Source of the DNA: Trueperaceae bacterium
GTDB lineage: Bacteria > Deinococcota > Deinococci > Deinococcales > Trueperaceae
Direction: 5' to 3'
Length of the DNA stretch: 64,000 nucleotides
Assembly (NCBI GenBank): GCA_965213705.1
Contig: OZ243913.1
Coordinates: 3,264,001-3,328,000, forward strand
Below the pieces are notes generated by a model. The model saw nothing but the letters and a program-made list of their open reading frames with translations, made no database searches and was not told the DNA's origin. Of the stretch, positions 19,585 to 30,282 are shown piece by piece (the stretch's first letter is position 1; each line of letters begins with the position of its first letter). Made by a program: the position numbers and the translations under genes.

Positions 19585-19586
19585 GC

Positions 19587-20369
19587 GTGGAAATCCTCAT
19601 CCAAGACAGCGCCGAGGCCGCCGCGAAACTCACCGCCGCCGTCGTCGCGAGCCGCCTGCGCGCCAAACCCGACCTGGTGCTGGGCTGCGCCACCGGGCGG
19701 ACGATGGAAAGTGTGTACGACGAGCTTGCGCGTTTGCACGAGGGGGGGCTCGAGTTTTCCGAGTGCCGCACCTTCAACTTGGACGAGTACGTCGGTTTAG
19801 CGCCGAGCGACGAGCGCTCGTACCACGCCTACATGCGCGAACGCCTCTTTAAGCGCGTCGACTTGAAGCCCGAAAATACTTTCTTGCCCGACGGAACCGC
19901 CCCCGACTTAGAAGCCGAGGCGCGGCGCTACGAAGCGCAGATTGCCCTAGCGGGCGGCATCGACCTGCAACTGCTGGGGCTGGGCGAGGCCGGGCACATC
20001 GGTTTCAACGAGCCGCTGTCGTCCCTGATGTCGCGCACGCGCGAAAAAGCCTTGACTATAACGACACGCGAGCAAAACGCCGCCTTTTTCGGCGGCGCTG
20101 ACCGGGTACCGCGGCGCGCGCTGACGATGGGCGTCGGCACGATTTTGGAAGCGCGTGAAATCGTGATGGTCGTGACCGGCGCGAAGAAGGCAAATATTCT
20201 CGCAAAAGCCACCGAAGGCCCGATTACCGCCATGATCAGCGCGACCGCCTTGCAACTGCACCCGAACTGCAAAGTCATCGTTGACGAGGCCGCCGCGAGC
20301 GAGTTGCAGGGCCGAGACTACTACCGCTGGGCGTTCGAGAACGAGCCGGAGTGGCAGGTTTATCGGTAA
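19587..20369 (+). CDS. nagB: Glucosamine-6-phosphate deaminase
   Basis: [29 protein letters not shown]. Confidence 0.95.
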   Translation: MEILIQDSAEAAAKLTAAVVASRLRAKPDLVLGCATGRTMESVYDELARLHEGGLEFSECRTFNLDEYVGLAPSDERSYHAYMRERLFKRVDLKPENTFLPDGTAPDLEAEARRYEAQIALAGGIDLQLLGLGEAGHIGFNEPLSSLMSRTREKALTITTREQNAAFFGGADRVPRRALTMGVGTILEAREIVMVVTGAKKANILAKATEGPITAMISATALQLHPNCKVIVDEAAASELQGRDYYRWAFENEPEWQVYR

Positions 20370-20487
20370 GAAAGCTGAGGGTTTTCAGTCTTTGGTTTTT
20401 AGACTAAAAAAGAATCACGAACAACGAACAACTTTCTTCCTCGAGCCAGCTTCAAAGCCTCACACCCCGAATGGTAGCCTTAGCTCC

Positions 20488-21141
20488 ATGACTCCAGAAA
20501 ACGCGACCCCTCGAGCCGACGTGACCGTGATGGACCACCCGCTCATCCAGCACAAGCTTTCCATCCTCCGCGACGTGGCGACGAACGTCCGCGACTTTCG
20601 CGCGCTCTGCGAAGAGGTCACGATGCTCATGGCTTTCGAGGCGATGCGCGACTTGCCACTCGAAGACGCCGAGGTCGAAACGCCGGTGGCGCTGGCCCGC
20701 GGCAAGCGACTCGCCGGTAAAAAGCTCGCCCTCGTCGCCATTTTGCGGGCCGGACTCATCATGCTCGACGGGATTTTGAACCTGGTGCCGAGCGCGCGGG
20801 TCGGCCACATCGGGCTGTACCGCGACCACGAGACCCTACAACCGGTCGAGTATTTTCGCAAGCTGCCTTCCGACATCGCCGAGCGCGAGGTGTTCGTCCT
20901 CGACCCGATGCTGGCGACCGGCGGCAGCGCGGTCGCCGCCCTCAGCATCTTGAAAGACTTGGGCGTGACGACGCCGCGCCTGCTCTGCATCATCGGCGCG
21001 CCTGAGGGTGTAAAGGCGGTTCATAAGGTTCACCCGGACACACCCATCCTGCTCGCCGCGCTGGACGACCACCTCAACGAAAAGGGCTACATCGTGCCGG
21101 GTCTGGGCGACGCGGGCGACCGGATTTACGGGACGCGGTAG
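20488..21141 (+). CDS. upp: Uracil phosphoribosyltransferase
   Basis: [34 protein letters not shown]; leaderless start after -10 TAGCCT (20475). Confidence 0.96.
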   Translation: MTPENATPRADVTVMDHPLIQHKLSILRDVATNVRDFRALCEEVTMLMAFEAMRDLPLEDAEVETPVALARGKRLAGKKLALVAILRAGLIMLDGILNLVPSARVGHIGLYRDHETLQPVEYFRKLPSDIAEREVFVLDPMLATGGSAVAALSILKDLGVTTPRLLCIIGAPEGVKAVHKVHPDTPILLAALDDHLNEKGYIVPGLGDAGDRIYGTR

Positions 21142-21237
21142 CTTGTGGGGCGAGGGGCTCGAGCGGCTGTGCAATTCTCTCGGTAGATGATAAAAACTTA
21201 CCCTCCAGAGGAAAGCTGCAGTGACAGAATTAGCGTG

Positions 21238-21840
21238 ATGCCTGATATATCGCTGCTTTACATAAAGCTCATAGCGTCGTTTTTGGCTGAAAAGTTGACC
21301 TTGGAAGAGTTTGCAGATAGGTATTGTGCATTTTGGAAAAGCAACAATTCTTTCGGCTCCGTCGAGGAAAGCCGTACCCTGGACAGCATATTCACTACCA
21401 TAGACACCCTTAGTGATATGCCTGAGATTAATCCAAACAAAGCTACCGAGGAAGAGTTGCGGGAAGAGTGTGCAGCAGCTATCGAAACATTACAGTCACT
21501 GAACGCAGGATGGTACAAGTCGTATGAAAACAAGGTAGAAACACTACCTGACCACCTTCAAAATGCTTACAACATACTGATATGCGCCTTTCCGAAAGGC
21601 ATAGCGCGGTCTCTCTACCACCCCCTCATTGCCTTGTTGAGCGCTTCCTTCAAAGACTCTGACCTGGTACATTTTGTATCGCATTACACTGGGATGCAGG
21701 AGGAAAATGTACGCGATGACATAGAGTACGTAGAATTTGCCCGAAGCTCAAACGCCCCTTTCCTCCTCAAAATCAAAGACTTGGATAAAAAGATGGATGA
21801 GGTTAAAAAAATCCTCCTCCCTTGTGGTTATCGCCCCTAA
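21238..21840 (+). CDS. AT-rich orphan protein: colicin-D-immunity-like N-terminal domain plus DUF3349-like C-terminal domain
   Basis: LIASFLAEKLTLEEFADRY...LDSIF...EEELREE helical pattern, then AFPKGI...YHPLIALL...CGY; visibly lower GC; ORF may start at 21187. Confidence 0.55.
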   Translation: MPDISLLYIKLIASFLAEKLTLEEFADRYCAFWKSNNSFGSVEESRTLDSIFTTIDTLSDMPEINPNKATEEELREECAAAIETLQSLNAGWYKSYENKVETLPDHLQNAYNILICAFPKGIARSLYHPLIALLSASFKDSDLVHFVSHYTGMQEENVRDDIEYVEFARSSNAPFLLKIKDLDKKMDEVKKILLPCGYRP

Positions 21841-22029
21841 CCTAAACCAAGGTGCCAAGCACTGGGTGGAATAAGTAATCCTCGCAAGTCGAGATCAATG
21901 TCACCTCTACGAAGAAAGCACTCGAGCAACCGCCGCCAACCTCAAAAGCAAGGTTCAAAACGACTGTGGTGAAGCTAAAAAGCACCTCCGACTTTACAAA
22001 CCTGCACGGCTACGGCTTAAAATAGGGCC

Positions 22030-23145
22030 GTGCAAGGGGTGATGAGTTATTTTTGGCTGGTGAGCGTGTCGTTCGTGTCGGCGCTCGTCGGGGTGGCGTT
22101 TTTCGTGCCGCAGGTGCGGGCCTTTGCGCTACGCATCGGCGCGGTGCAGGAGGGCGGGGGGCGCAGGCTGCACGCGGGCGCGATTCCTAACATTGGTGGT
22201 ATTGCGATTTTGGGCGGTTTTTTGGTGGCGCTGCTGCTCGCCAGTATTTTTCAGCCTGCGCTACTCGAGCAGTACCGGGTGGAACTCCTAGCCATCGTTC
22301 TAGGCGGCTCGCTGATGACGCTGGTCGGCTTTATGGACGATATGTGGGAGGTACCCTCGCTTATGCGGCTCGCCTCGCAGTTCGTGGCGGCGGGAATCCT
22401 GGTCGTCAACGGGGTCAAGATTGAATACATCACTAACTATTTTGGACAGTTGGGCCTGTTCGCCGACAGCCGTTACGTGTACCTCTCCGGCATCGCCGAG
22501 GTGGTGGCGGTGGTGGTGACGCTTGTGTGGATTGTCGGTTTCACCAACGCGTTCAACTTTATCGACGGGCTGGACGGACTGTCGTCGGGGATTGCGGCTA
22601 TTTCGAGCCTCAGCCTCCTCGCGGTCGCGGTGCAGTTTCCCGACCGGGGCGCGGCGGTGCTTCTGTTGTCAGCCCTGGCGGGGTCGGCGCTGGGCTTTTT
22701 GCGGCATAACTTCACGCCCGCCAAAATTTACATGGGCGACTCGGGCGCGTACATGCTGGGCTACGTGCTCGCCGCCGTGAGCGTGTTGGGCGCGCTCAAG
22801 GTGACGGCCGCCGTCACCGTCGCCACGCCGATTTTGGTGCTGGCGCTGCCGGTCGTGAACATTACCCAAGTTACCTTGCGGCGCTTGTCTCGAGGCATCA
22901 ATCCGGCCGTGGCGGGCAACGACCACCTGCACGACATCTTGCGAGTGCGCAGCGGCTCGTCGCGGCTGGCGGTCGTTAGCCTGTGGCTGGCGACGCTGGC
23001 CCTCGGCACCCTCGGCATGATTTTGTCGCAGACACCGCCGCTACTGATGTACCTTACCGTCACGGCAACGGTGCTGCTTATTTTTGCAGTCTGTGTGCTC
23101 CGCCTCGCCGAAGTGCGGCGCGAAACCCTGGGCATCGGCGACTAG
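22030..23145 (+). CDS. Undecaprenyl-phosphate GlcNAc-1-phosphate transferase (WecA/TagO, glycosyltransferase family 4)
   Basis: [29 protein letters not shown]; leaderless after TAAAAT (22018). Confidence 0.92.
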   Translation: MQGVMSYFWLVSVSFVSALVGVAFFVPQVRAFALRIGAVQEGGGRRLHAGAIPNIGGIAILGGFLVALLLASIFQPALLEQYRVELLAIVLGGSLMTLVGFMDDMWEVPSLMRLASQFVAAGILVVNGVKIEYITNYFGQLGLFADSRYVYLSGIAEVVAVVVTLVWIVGFTNAFNFIDGLDGLSSGIAAISSLSLLAVAVQFPDRGAAVLLLSALAGSALGFLRHNFTPAKIYMGDSGAYMLGYVLAAVSVLGALKVTAAVTVATPILVLALPVVNITQVTLRRLSRGINPAVAGNDHLHDILRVRSGSSRLAVVSLWLATLALGTLGMILSQTPPLLMYLTVTATVLLIFAVCVLRLAEVRRETLGIGD

Positions 23146-23156
23146 GTGAGGCACGG

Positions 23157-24275
23157 GTGAAGCGCGTCTGTGTCGCCTTCGGCACCCGGCCCGAGGCGAC
23201 GAAGATGGCCCCGGTCGTCACCGCGCTGCAGGCGCAGGCGGGCGTGGAGCCTATCCTTCTCGTCACCGGCCAACAGCGCGAACAGCTTGACCAGGTTTTG
23301 GAGCTGTTCAAACTCACGCCCGACGCCGACCTCAACGTGATGAGCACGCGCCAAACCCTGCCGATTCTGCTGAGCCGAATCGTGCCGGAAGCGGCGCGTA
23401 AATTGCGCGAGTTGAACGTGGACTACGTACTCGTCCACGGCGACACTTTAACGACCTTCGCGGTGGCGCTGGCGGCGTTTTATGAAAACGTTCCGGTCGC
23501 GCACGTCGAGGCGGGTTTGCGCTCGTTCGACTTGCAAGAGCCGTTTCCCGAAGAGGCCAACCGTCGCCTCACGGCCGTCCTCACCGACCTCGACCTGCCG
23601 CCGACGCCTTGGGCTAAACGAAACCTGCTGAACGAGGGCAAGCCCTCAGACACCCTCGTCGTCACCGGCAACACGGCGGTGGACGCGGTGCAGACCTTGC
23701 TCGAGCACGCTCACCTACCCAATCATCTTCCGAAAACCAAACTCGTCGGCGTGACGATGCACCGCCGCGAGAACCTACCCGTGATGGCGGGTTTGGCTCG
23801 AGCCGTCGCCAACGCGGCCAAAGCGCACCCCGAGTATACTTTCGTCTACCCCGTCCACCTCAACCCGGCGGTGCGCGAGGCCGTGTGGCCGCCGCTGGCG
23901 GGGTTGGACAACGTCGTGCTGGAAGAGCCCTACAATTATTTATCCGCTTTAGCGCTATGGCGCGCCTCGGAGATTATCATCACCGACTCGGGCGGGATTC
24001 AGGAAGAGGGCACGGCGTTGGGCGTGCCGGTGGTGGTGCTCCGCAACGTCACCGAGCGGCCTGAAGGGGTCGAAGTCGGCGCGCTCAAACTGGCGGGGAA
24101 CGACCCGGAAGAGGTCGAATGGGTGTTGCTCGAGCTGCTCGGCGACCCCGAAAAACGTACCGCGATGCGCCAAAAACGCAATCCTTACGGCGACGGCCAT
24201 GCCGGCACGCGCGTCGCGCAGGCCGTGGCGTGGCGCTTGGGGCTCGGCGAACGGCCGGAGGACTGGGTACCGTAA
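23157..24275 (+). CDS. wecB: UDP-N-acetylglucosamine 2-epimerase (non-hydrolysing)
   Basis: [38 protein letters not shown]. Confidence 0.95.
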   Translation: MKRVCVAFGTRPEATKMAPVVTALQAQAGVEPILLVTGQQREQLDQVLELFKLTPDADLNVMSTRQTLPILLSRIVPEAARKLRELNVDYVLVHGDTLTTFAVALAAFYENVPVAHVEAGLRSFDLQEPFPEEANRRLTAVLTDLDLPPTPWAKRNLLNEGKPSDTLVVTGNTAVDAVQTLLEHAHLPNHLPKTKLVGVTMHRRENLPVMAGLARAVANAAKAHPEYTFVYPVHLNPAVREAVWPPLAGLDNVVLEEPYNYLSALALWRASEIIITDSGGIQEEGTALGVPVVVLRNVTERPEGVEVGALKLAGNDPEEVEWVLLELLGDPEKRTAMRQKRNPYGDGHAGTRVAQAVAWRLGLGERPEDWVP

Positions 24276-24389
24276 AGGCGCGAGTGACTTGTAAGCTCGA
24301 GCCACCAACCCAAAGCGTGAGGTCGGCTCCTGAGGGAGTGACCCCGCCTTCGTTACACTGAGCTTTCGTTCACCCAAGGAGGCTCAATC

Positions 24390-25400
24390 ATCTCGAGTGC
24401 TGACAAGGTCAATTCACTTATCAAAGTAACGGAGTGCGGGCTGACTTGCACCTCCGGCGGTTTCAGCGTCGACCCGTCTAAGGGGGTCGAGCTGGCGCTC
24501 ATCACCCACGCCCACGCCGACCATGCGCGGCCGGGCTCTAAGCGCTACCTAGCGACGCACGCCTCGCTGCCGATTTTGAAAGCGCGTTTGGGCGATATCG
24601 ACATCACGGGGGTCGAGTACGGGGAACGGCTCGAGCTGGGCGATACCCTGGTCTCGTTTCACCCCACGGGCCACGTGCTCGGCTCGGCGCAGGTTCGGGT
24701 CGAGCGGGGTGAGGACGTTTGGGTCGTCTCCGGCGACTACAAACGCGACCCCGACCCGACCTGCGCAGGGTTCGAGGTCGTCCCCTGCACTACCTTTATT
24801 ACCGAGGCGACTTTCGGGCTGCCGGTCTACGCCTGGGAAGCGCCCGCGGTAACGGCGCAGAAAATTTTCGAATGGTGGACGGGCGACCCGGAGCGGCCTT
24901 CGCTGCTGTTTTGCTACGCCTTTGGGAAAGCGCAGCGGGTGCTGGCCGAGCTGACTCGCTTTACCGACCGCCCGGTTTACCTTCACGGCGCGGTCGCCCG
25001 CCTCACCGAGCTGTACCGCGAGCAGGGCGTCGAGATGTTGCCGAACAAAAACGTGACCGACGAGGAAAAAGGTTTCGATTTTTCGGGTGAACTCATCATC
25101 GCGCCGCCCTCGGCGCACCGCTCGCCGTGGATGAAGCGCTTCAAGCTGCCGCAGACCGCCTTCGCCTCGGGCTGGATGCAGGTGCGCGGCAATCGACGGC
25201 GGCGCGGTTACGAGCGCGGCTTCGTGCTGTCCGACCACGCCGACTGGCGCGGGCTTATCGACACCATCGACGCGACGGGCGCGCAGACAGTCTTCGCCAC
25301 CCACGGCCAGAGCGACGTGCTGGCGCGTTACCTGCGCGAAACGCGCGGCCTGGACGCGCAGCCTCTCGCCAACCTGTACGAGGGCGAGGGCGCGGAATGA
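24390..25400 (+). CDS. Ligase-associated DNA damage response exonuclease (MBL/beta-CASP); probable non-canonical ATC start
   Basis: In-frame ITHAHADH at 24501 lies upstream of the ORF-track start; GHVLGSAQ, SGDYK, EATFG, LSDHADW; SD AAGGAGG at 24376-24382. Confidence 0.88.
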   Translation: MSSADKVNSLIKVTECGLTCTSGGFSVDPSKGVELALITHAHADHARPGSKRYLATHASLPILKARLGDIDITGVEYGERLELGDTLVSFHPTGHVLGSAQVRVERGEDVWVVSGDYKRDPDPTCAGFEVVPCTTFITEATFGLPVYAWEAPAVTAQKIFEWWTGDPERPSLLFCYAFGKAQRVLAELTRFTDRPVYLHGAVARLTELYREQGVEMLPNKNVTDEEKGFDFSGELIIAPPSAHRSPWMKRFKLPQTAFASGWMQVRGNRRRRGYERGFVLSDHADWRGLIDTIDATGAQTVFATHGQSDVLARYLRETRGLDAQPLANLYEGEGAE

Positions 25401-26995
25401 AGCGCTTCGCCGAACTGTTCGCCGACTTGGACGGCACCACCGCGACGAACCAGAAAGTCGCAGCGCTCCGCGCCTACTTCGAAACGGCCAAACCCGAAAA
25501 CGCCGTGTGGGCGCTCCACCTCCTCACCGGCAAACTGCGGCGCAAAACGCTCACCTCGAGAGCCCTCCGCGAAATCTACTTGCAAACGAGCGACCTACCC
25601 GAATGGCTTGTCAAAGACGCCAGTGCCCACGTCGGCGACACGGCCGAGGCGGTGGCGCTGCTGCTGAACGCCAACCCGCTGCCGCGGGGGGAAAGGCTCG
25701 AGCTGCCCCTTTACAAATGGTTGGAAGAGGAAATTCCCAAGGCCGCCGGGGCTGGCGACGAGGAAAAACGCGACCTCGTCCTGAGCTGGTGGGCGGCGCT
25801 GCCTTACGACGAACTGTTCGTCCTCCACAAAATCCTCACCGGCAGTTTCCGCGTCGGCGTGGCGGCAACGCTGGTGGTGCGCGCGCTCGCCGAGGCCCTT
25901 AGGCTGGACGCGCCCGTCCTCACCCATAGACTGATGGGCGACTTTCCGACGACGCCCGAGTTTTACCTCTCACTCGGTGACGAAGAACATGAGGGCGTGC
26001 GCGACAGCCAGCCGTACCCGTTTCTCCTCGCTTACGGTGTCGAACTGGATACGATTACCAACGACGGGTTGCACGCTTACCAGACAGAGTGGAAGTGGGA
26101 CGGCATTCGCGCCCAGGCCGTCAAGCGTGGGGGCGAAGTGTTCCTGTGGTCACGCGGCGAAGACCTCGTGACGAAACAGTTTCCCGAACTCGCCGAGGCT
26201 TTCTCAAAGCTCCCCAACGGCACTGTGCTGGACGGCGAAATTGTCGCCTGGGACGGTACGATGCCGCTACCGTTCAACAACTTGCAAAAGCGGTTGGGCC
26301 GCAAAAAGGTCGGGGAGAAAGTTCTTCAAGAGACGCCGACACACTACCTCGTTTACGACGTGTTGGAAGAGGACGGGCAAGACCTGCGCGACCTGCCGCT
26401 CGAGACCCGCCGCAAGCGCCTCGAGCACATTCTCGAAACATGTCCGCTCGAGCGCGTCACCCTCACTGAAACGCTTCACGCTACGAATTTGGACGAACTC
26501 GAGGCGCTGCGAAATGAGGCTCGAAACGTGAACGCCGAAGGCCTCATGCTCAAGCGCAAGGACAGCCCCTACCTAGTCGGGCGGCGCAAGGGGTTGTGGT
26601 GGAAGCACAAGGTCGACCCGTACACCCTCGACGCCGTGCTGCTCTACGCGCAGGCCGGGACCGGGCGGCGGGCGAACCTGTTCACCGACTACACCTTCGC
26701 GTTGTGGCAAGAGGGCGAACTCGTCCCCTTCACCAAAGCCTATTCGGGGCTCACCGACGTGGAAATCGGCAAACTCGACCGCTGGATTCGGGCGCACACG
26801 CTGGAGCGCTTCGGCCCGGTGCGCAGCGTCGCGCCGGAGCAAGTGTTCGAACTCGCCTTCGAGGGCATCGCCGCCTCGAAACGGCACAAGTCCGGCGTGG
26901 CCGTGCGGTTCCCGCGCATTTTGCGCTGGCGGCAGGACAAACCGCCCGCCGAGGCGGACACGCTCGAGACCGCGCTGGCCTTGCTCGAGGCATGA
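25397..26995 (+). CDS. ATP-dependent DNA ligase
   Basis: EWKWDGIR adenylation motif, LDGEI, EGLMLK, VRFPR; ATGA overlap with the exonuclease. Confidence 0.95.
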   Translation: MKRFAELFADLDGTTATNQKVAALRAYFETAKPENAVWALHLLTGKLRRKTLTSRALREIYLQTSDLPEWLVKDASAHVGDTAEAVALLLNANPLPRGERLELPLYKWLEEEIPKAAGAGDEEKRDLVLSWWAALPYDELFVLHKILTGSFRVGVAATLVVRALAEALRLDAPVLTHRLMGDFPTTPEFYLSLGDEEHEGVRDSQPYPFLLAYGVELDTITNDGLHAYQTEWKWDGIRAQAVKRGGEVFLWSRGEDLVTKQFPELAEAFSKLPNGTVLDGEIVAWDGTMPLPFNNLQKRLGRKKVGEKVLQETPTHYLVYDVLEEDGQDLRDLPLETRRKRLEHILETCPLERVTLTETLHATNLDELEALRNEARNVNAEGLMLKRKDSPYLVGRRKGLWWKHKVDPYTLDAVLLYAQAGTGRRANLFTDYTFALWQEGELVPFTKAYSGLTDVEIGKLDRWIRAHTLERFGPVRSVAPEQVFELAFEGIAASKRHKSGVAVRFPRILRWRQDKPPAEADTLETALALLEA

Positions 26996-27061
26996 CCGGC
27001 TCGGCTCGGGGGCTCTTTTTGAGGCAGGTAGGAAAGCAAGGGCGTAGGAACCTAAAGGCTC

Positions 27062-27104
27062 TTGACTTTCTACTCGGTCCTTTTCACTCGGTCCTCGGTA
27101 CTTT
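27062..27104. repeat. Period-7 ACTCGGT-family repeat inside the repair operon
   Basis: ttctact cggtcct tttcact cggtcct cggtact just upstream of the helicase ATG. Confidence 0.65.
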
Positions 27105-27118
27105 CTCCTCGGCTCCTC

Positions 27119-29542
27119 ATGAGTGACGGGCTCGAGGAGAGTCGCGTGCTTGAGCCCGTCCGCGCCTGGTTCGCTGGGCAAGATTGGAGGCCGCTCGATT
27201 TTCAAGAGGAGACCTGGGCCGCGTACCTGAACGGGGAAAGCGGCCTGGTTCAAGTTCCGACCGGCGCGGGCAAAACCTACGCCGCCGTGCTCGGGCCGGT
27301 GGCGGAGATGCTGGACGCGCCCAGCACGGGTCTCAAACTGCTTTACCTGACGCCGCTGCGCGCCGTGGCGCGGGACATCGAGGCGGCGGTTCGGCGGGCG
27401 CTCGACGGGCTCTCACCCCACCTGCGCGTCGAGAGCCGTACCGGCGACACCAAGGCGACGACGAAGCGCAAACAACTCAGCGACGCGCCCGACATCCTCA
27501 TCACCACGCCGGAGTCTTTGAGCGTGCTGCTGTCGTACAAGGGCTCGAGCGCGTTCTTTTCTTCTTTGCAGGGCGTCGTCCTCGACGAGTGGCACGAACT
27601 CCTGGGCAGCAAGCGCGGCACGCAAACCGAGTTGGGGTTGACGAGGCTGCGAGGTTTACGGCCCGAGTTGCGCACCTGGGCGCTCTCGGCGACGCTCGCC
27701 AACCCCGAAGAGGCGGCGGCAACAGCGGTCGGCACCGGGCGGCCGTACCGCATCGTCCGCGCGGACTTGCCGCGCGAGACGCGCCTGACGAGTGTCTTGC
27801 CTGAGAACATCGGCACCTTCCCGTGGGCGGGACACTTGGGCGCTCAGATGGTAGGGCCGCTGTTGGAGGTCTTGGACTTGGGGCGCTCCACCCTCGTCTT
27901 CACCAACACGCGGCGAGGGGCGGAGCGGTGGTACCAGTTTTTGGCCGACGCGTTGCCGAACGTGGGCGGCATCGCACTGCACCACGGCAGCGTCGAGCGT
28001 GCTGCGCGCGAGCGCGTCGAGGCGGGGTTGAAAAGTGGCGCGGTGCGGTTGGTGGTGGCGACCTCGAGCTTGGACCTCGGGGTGGACTTTCAGCCGGTCG
28101 AACAAGTCGTGCAGGTCGGCTCGCCCAAAAGCGTGGCGCGGCTGCTGCAGCGCGCCGGCCGCTCGGCGCACACGCCCGGCGGCGTGAGCGAGGTTTGGTT
28201 CGTGCCGACGAACGCGTTGGAACTCCTGGAAGTCAACGCCCTCCGCGAAGCGTTGAACGACCACGTCGTCGAGCCGCGCCGACCGCTTGAGAAATCCTAC
28301 GACGTGCTCGCCCAACACCTCGTCACGCTCGCCTGCGGCGACGGGTTTACGGATGAGGTTTTAAGCGAGGTGCGCGGCAGCGTCGCGTACCGGGACTTGG
28401 GTGGTGAAGAATTCGGCGAAATCCTCAACTTCGTTCAGCACGGCGGGCGCAGTTTGCGCGCGTATCCGGACTTTCACAAAATCGTGTGTGAAAACGGGCG
28501 CTACAAAATCGCCACTCAAAAACTCGCGCGGCGGCACCGCATGACCATCGGCACCATCACGAGCGATTCAAGCGTGTTCCTGAAGTTCACCAACCGCCAA
28601 AAAGTCGGCTCGGTGAACGAACAGTTCGTGTCGCGCCTCAAACCGGGCGACGTGTTTTTGTTCGGCGGCCACAAGCTCGAGTTCGTCTCGATGCAGGACA
28701 TGACCGCGCTGGTGCGCAAGAGCAAAAAACCGACCACCGTCACCGCCTCGTTTACCGGCGAGGCGCTGCCGCTGTCGCACCTGCTGGGCGCGTACGTGCT
28801 GCGCGAGTTCGGGCGCGGCCCCGAGCACCCACCACCCGAGTGGGACGCGCTGCGGCCGGTGTTGGAGACGCAAGCGCGGCTCTCAAAGTTGCCGAGTGCG
28901 GGGGAGTTGCTGCTCGAGCTTGTAGACACCCGCGAGGGTCGGCACCTCTTCCTCTACCCTTTCGAGGGCCGCAGCGTCCACGAAGGCTTGGCCGCGCTCC
29001 TCGCCCTGCGTTTGACCAGGGCGCAGAGCAGCACGCTCAGCTTTGCGGTGGACGAGTACGGTTTGGAAATCCTCGCGCCGAAAGGCTACGCGTTCGAGGA
29101 GCTGTTGACGCCCGACCTGCTCACCTCGCAAAACCTGGAAGCCGACCTGAAAGAGGCCGTCAATTTGAGCGAACTCGCGCGGCGGCAGTTTCGGGGCGTG
29201 GCGCAGGTTGCGGGCCTCGTGTTTACCGGCTACCCCGGCGCGCGCAAGACGAACCGGCAACTTCAGGTGAGCACGGCAACGCTCTACAACGTGTTTAGAG
29301 AGTTCGAGCCGCATCACCTGTTGCTGCGCCAGGCCGAGCGCGAGGTGTTGGCGCGGCTCGAGATGGACCGGCTCGAGACGACACTTGCACGGTTGCAAAC
29401 GCTGCCCTGGACCTGGACCGCGCCGCGCCGTCCGACGCCGCTGGGGTTTCCCCTCGTCGTCACGCGGCTGCGCGCGAACCTCTCGAGCGAAACCCTCACT
29501 GAGCGTTTAGAACGGATGATGAAGCAGTGGGCCAAGGTTTGA
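27119..29542 (+). CDS. Ligase-associated DEXH helicase (Lhr-core)
   Basis: PTGAGKT, TTPESL, DEWHE, SATL, LHHGS, QRAGRS-H. Confidence 0.93.
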   Translation: MSDGLEESRVLEPVRAWFAGQDWRPLDFQEETWAAYLNGESGLVQVPTGAGKTYAAVLGPVAEMLDAPSTGLKLLYLTPLRAVARDIEAAVRRALDGLSPHLRVESRTGDTKATTKRKQLSDAPDILITTPESLSVLLSYKGSSAFFSSLQGVVLDEWHELLGSKRGTQTELGLTRLRGLRPELRTWALSATLANPEEAAATAVGTGRPYRIVRADLPRETRLTSVLPENIGTFPWAGHLGAQMVGPLLEVLDLGRSTLVFTNTRRGAERWYQFLADALPNVGGIALHHGSVERAARERVEAGLKSGAVRLVVATSSLDLGVDFQPVEQVVQVGSPKSVARLLQRAGRSAHTPGGVSEVWFVPTNALELLEVNALREALNDHVVEPRRPLEKSYDVLAQHLVTLACGDGFTDEVLSEVRGSVAYRDLGGEEFGEILNFVQHGGRSLRAYPDFHKIVCENGRYKIATQKLARRHRMTIGTITSDSSVFLKFTNRQKVGSVNEQFVSRLKPGDVFLFGGHKLEFVSMQDMTALVRKSKKPTTVTASFTGEALPLSHLLGAYVLREFGRGPEHPPPEWDALRPVLETQARLSKLPSAGELLLELVDTREGRHLFLYPFEGRSVHEGLAALLALRLTRAQSSTLSFAVDEYGLEILAPKGYAFEELLTPDLLTSQNLEADLKEAVNLSELARRQFRGVAQVAGLVFTGYPGARKTNRQLQVSTATLYNVFREFEPHHLLLRQAEREVLARLEMDRLETTLARLQTLPWTWTAPRRPTPLGFPLVVTRLRANLSSETLTERLERMMKQWAKV

Positions 29543-30168
29543 GCGTCACGGTCGGGCCTGCCGAGTTGGAGCTGCTGGGCTCGAGGGCGGTTTACTGGCC
29601 TGCCCAGGACGCGCTGCTCGTCGCCGACTGTCACCTCGGCAAGGCCGAGACGTTTCAGGGGTTCGGCGTGGGCGTGCCGAGCGGGCATTTACAAGACCTG
29701 GCGCGCTTGGACGACCTGCAAAAACAGACCGGCGCGGCCCGGCTTTATGTACTAGGCGACCTGGTACACGCGCGCGGCGGGCTCACCGACAAGCTCGTCG
29801 ACGAGGTCGCCCGGTGGCGCGCCGGTTTTCCCGCCGACGTCATCGTCGTTTTGGGCAACCACGACCGGCGCGCGGGCGGGATTCCCGACCTCTGGGGAAT
29901 GAACGTGGTCGCCGAAGGGTACGAGGTTGGCGGCCTGAAACTCCATCACCACCCTCACGAGGAGGGTCCCTGCGTGTACGGTCACCTGCACCCGGTCGTG
30001 GGCGTGAAAAGCGCGCTCGACGCGCTGCGGCTGCCCTGTTTCGTGCTCGAGCGCGAACGCCTCTTGCTCCCGGCTTTTGGCACCTTTACAGGTGGGTTGA
30101 ACGTGGCGCGGGGGCCGGGGCGCGTCCTCTACGCCGCCCTGCCGGACGGGGTGGTGAACCTGGGGTAA
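29539..30168 (+). CDS. pdeM: Ligase-associated metallophosphoesterase endonuclease
   Basis: AD-HLGK, GDL-H, GNHD, GHLHP, LPAFG-FTGG; last gene of the four-gene module; start 29527 or 29539. Confidence 0.9.
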   Translation: MSVTVGPAELELLGSRAVYWPAQDALLVADCHLGKAETFQGFGVGVPSGHLQDLARLDDLQKQTGAARLYVLGDLVHARGGLTDKLVDEVARWRAGFPADVIVVLGNHDRRAGGIPDLWGMNVVAEGYEVGGLKLHHHPHEEGPCVYGHLHPVVGVKSALDALRLPCFVLERERLLLPAFGTFTGGLNVARGPGRVLYAALPDGVVNLG

Positions 30169-30282
30169 AACGGGCCAGACTGAGAAGAGTTCGCGGCCGC
30201 CCTACAAGCTTTTTACCGACCTCTTCCCGCAAACCCCCACTTCCCAACCCGGTTCAGGTATACTGCGGGCGGGAGTGGGACT

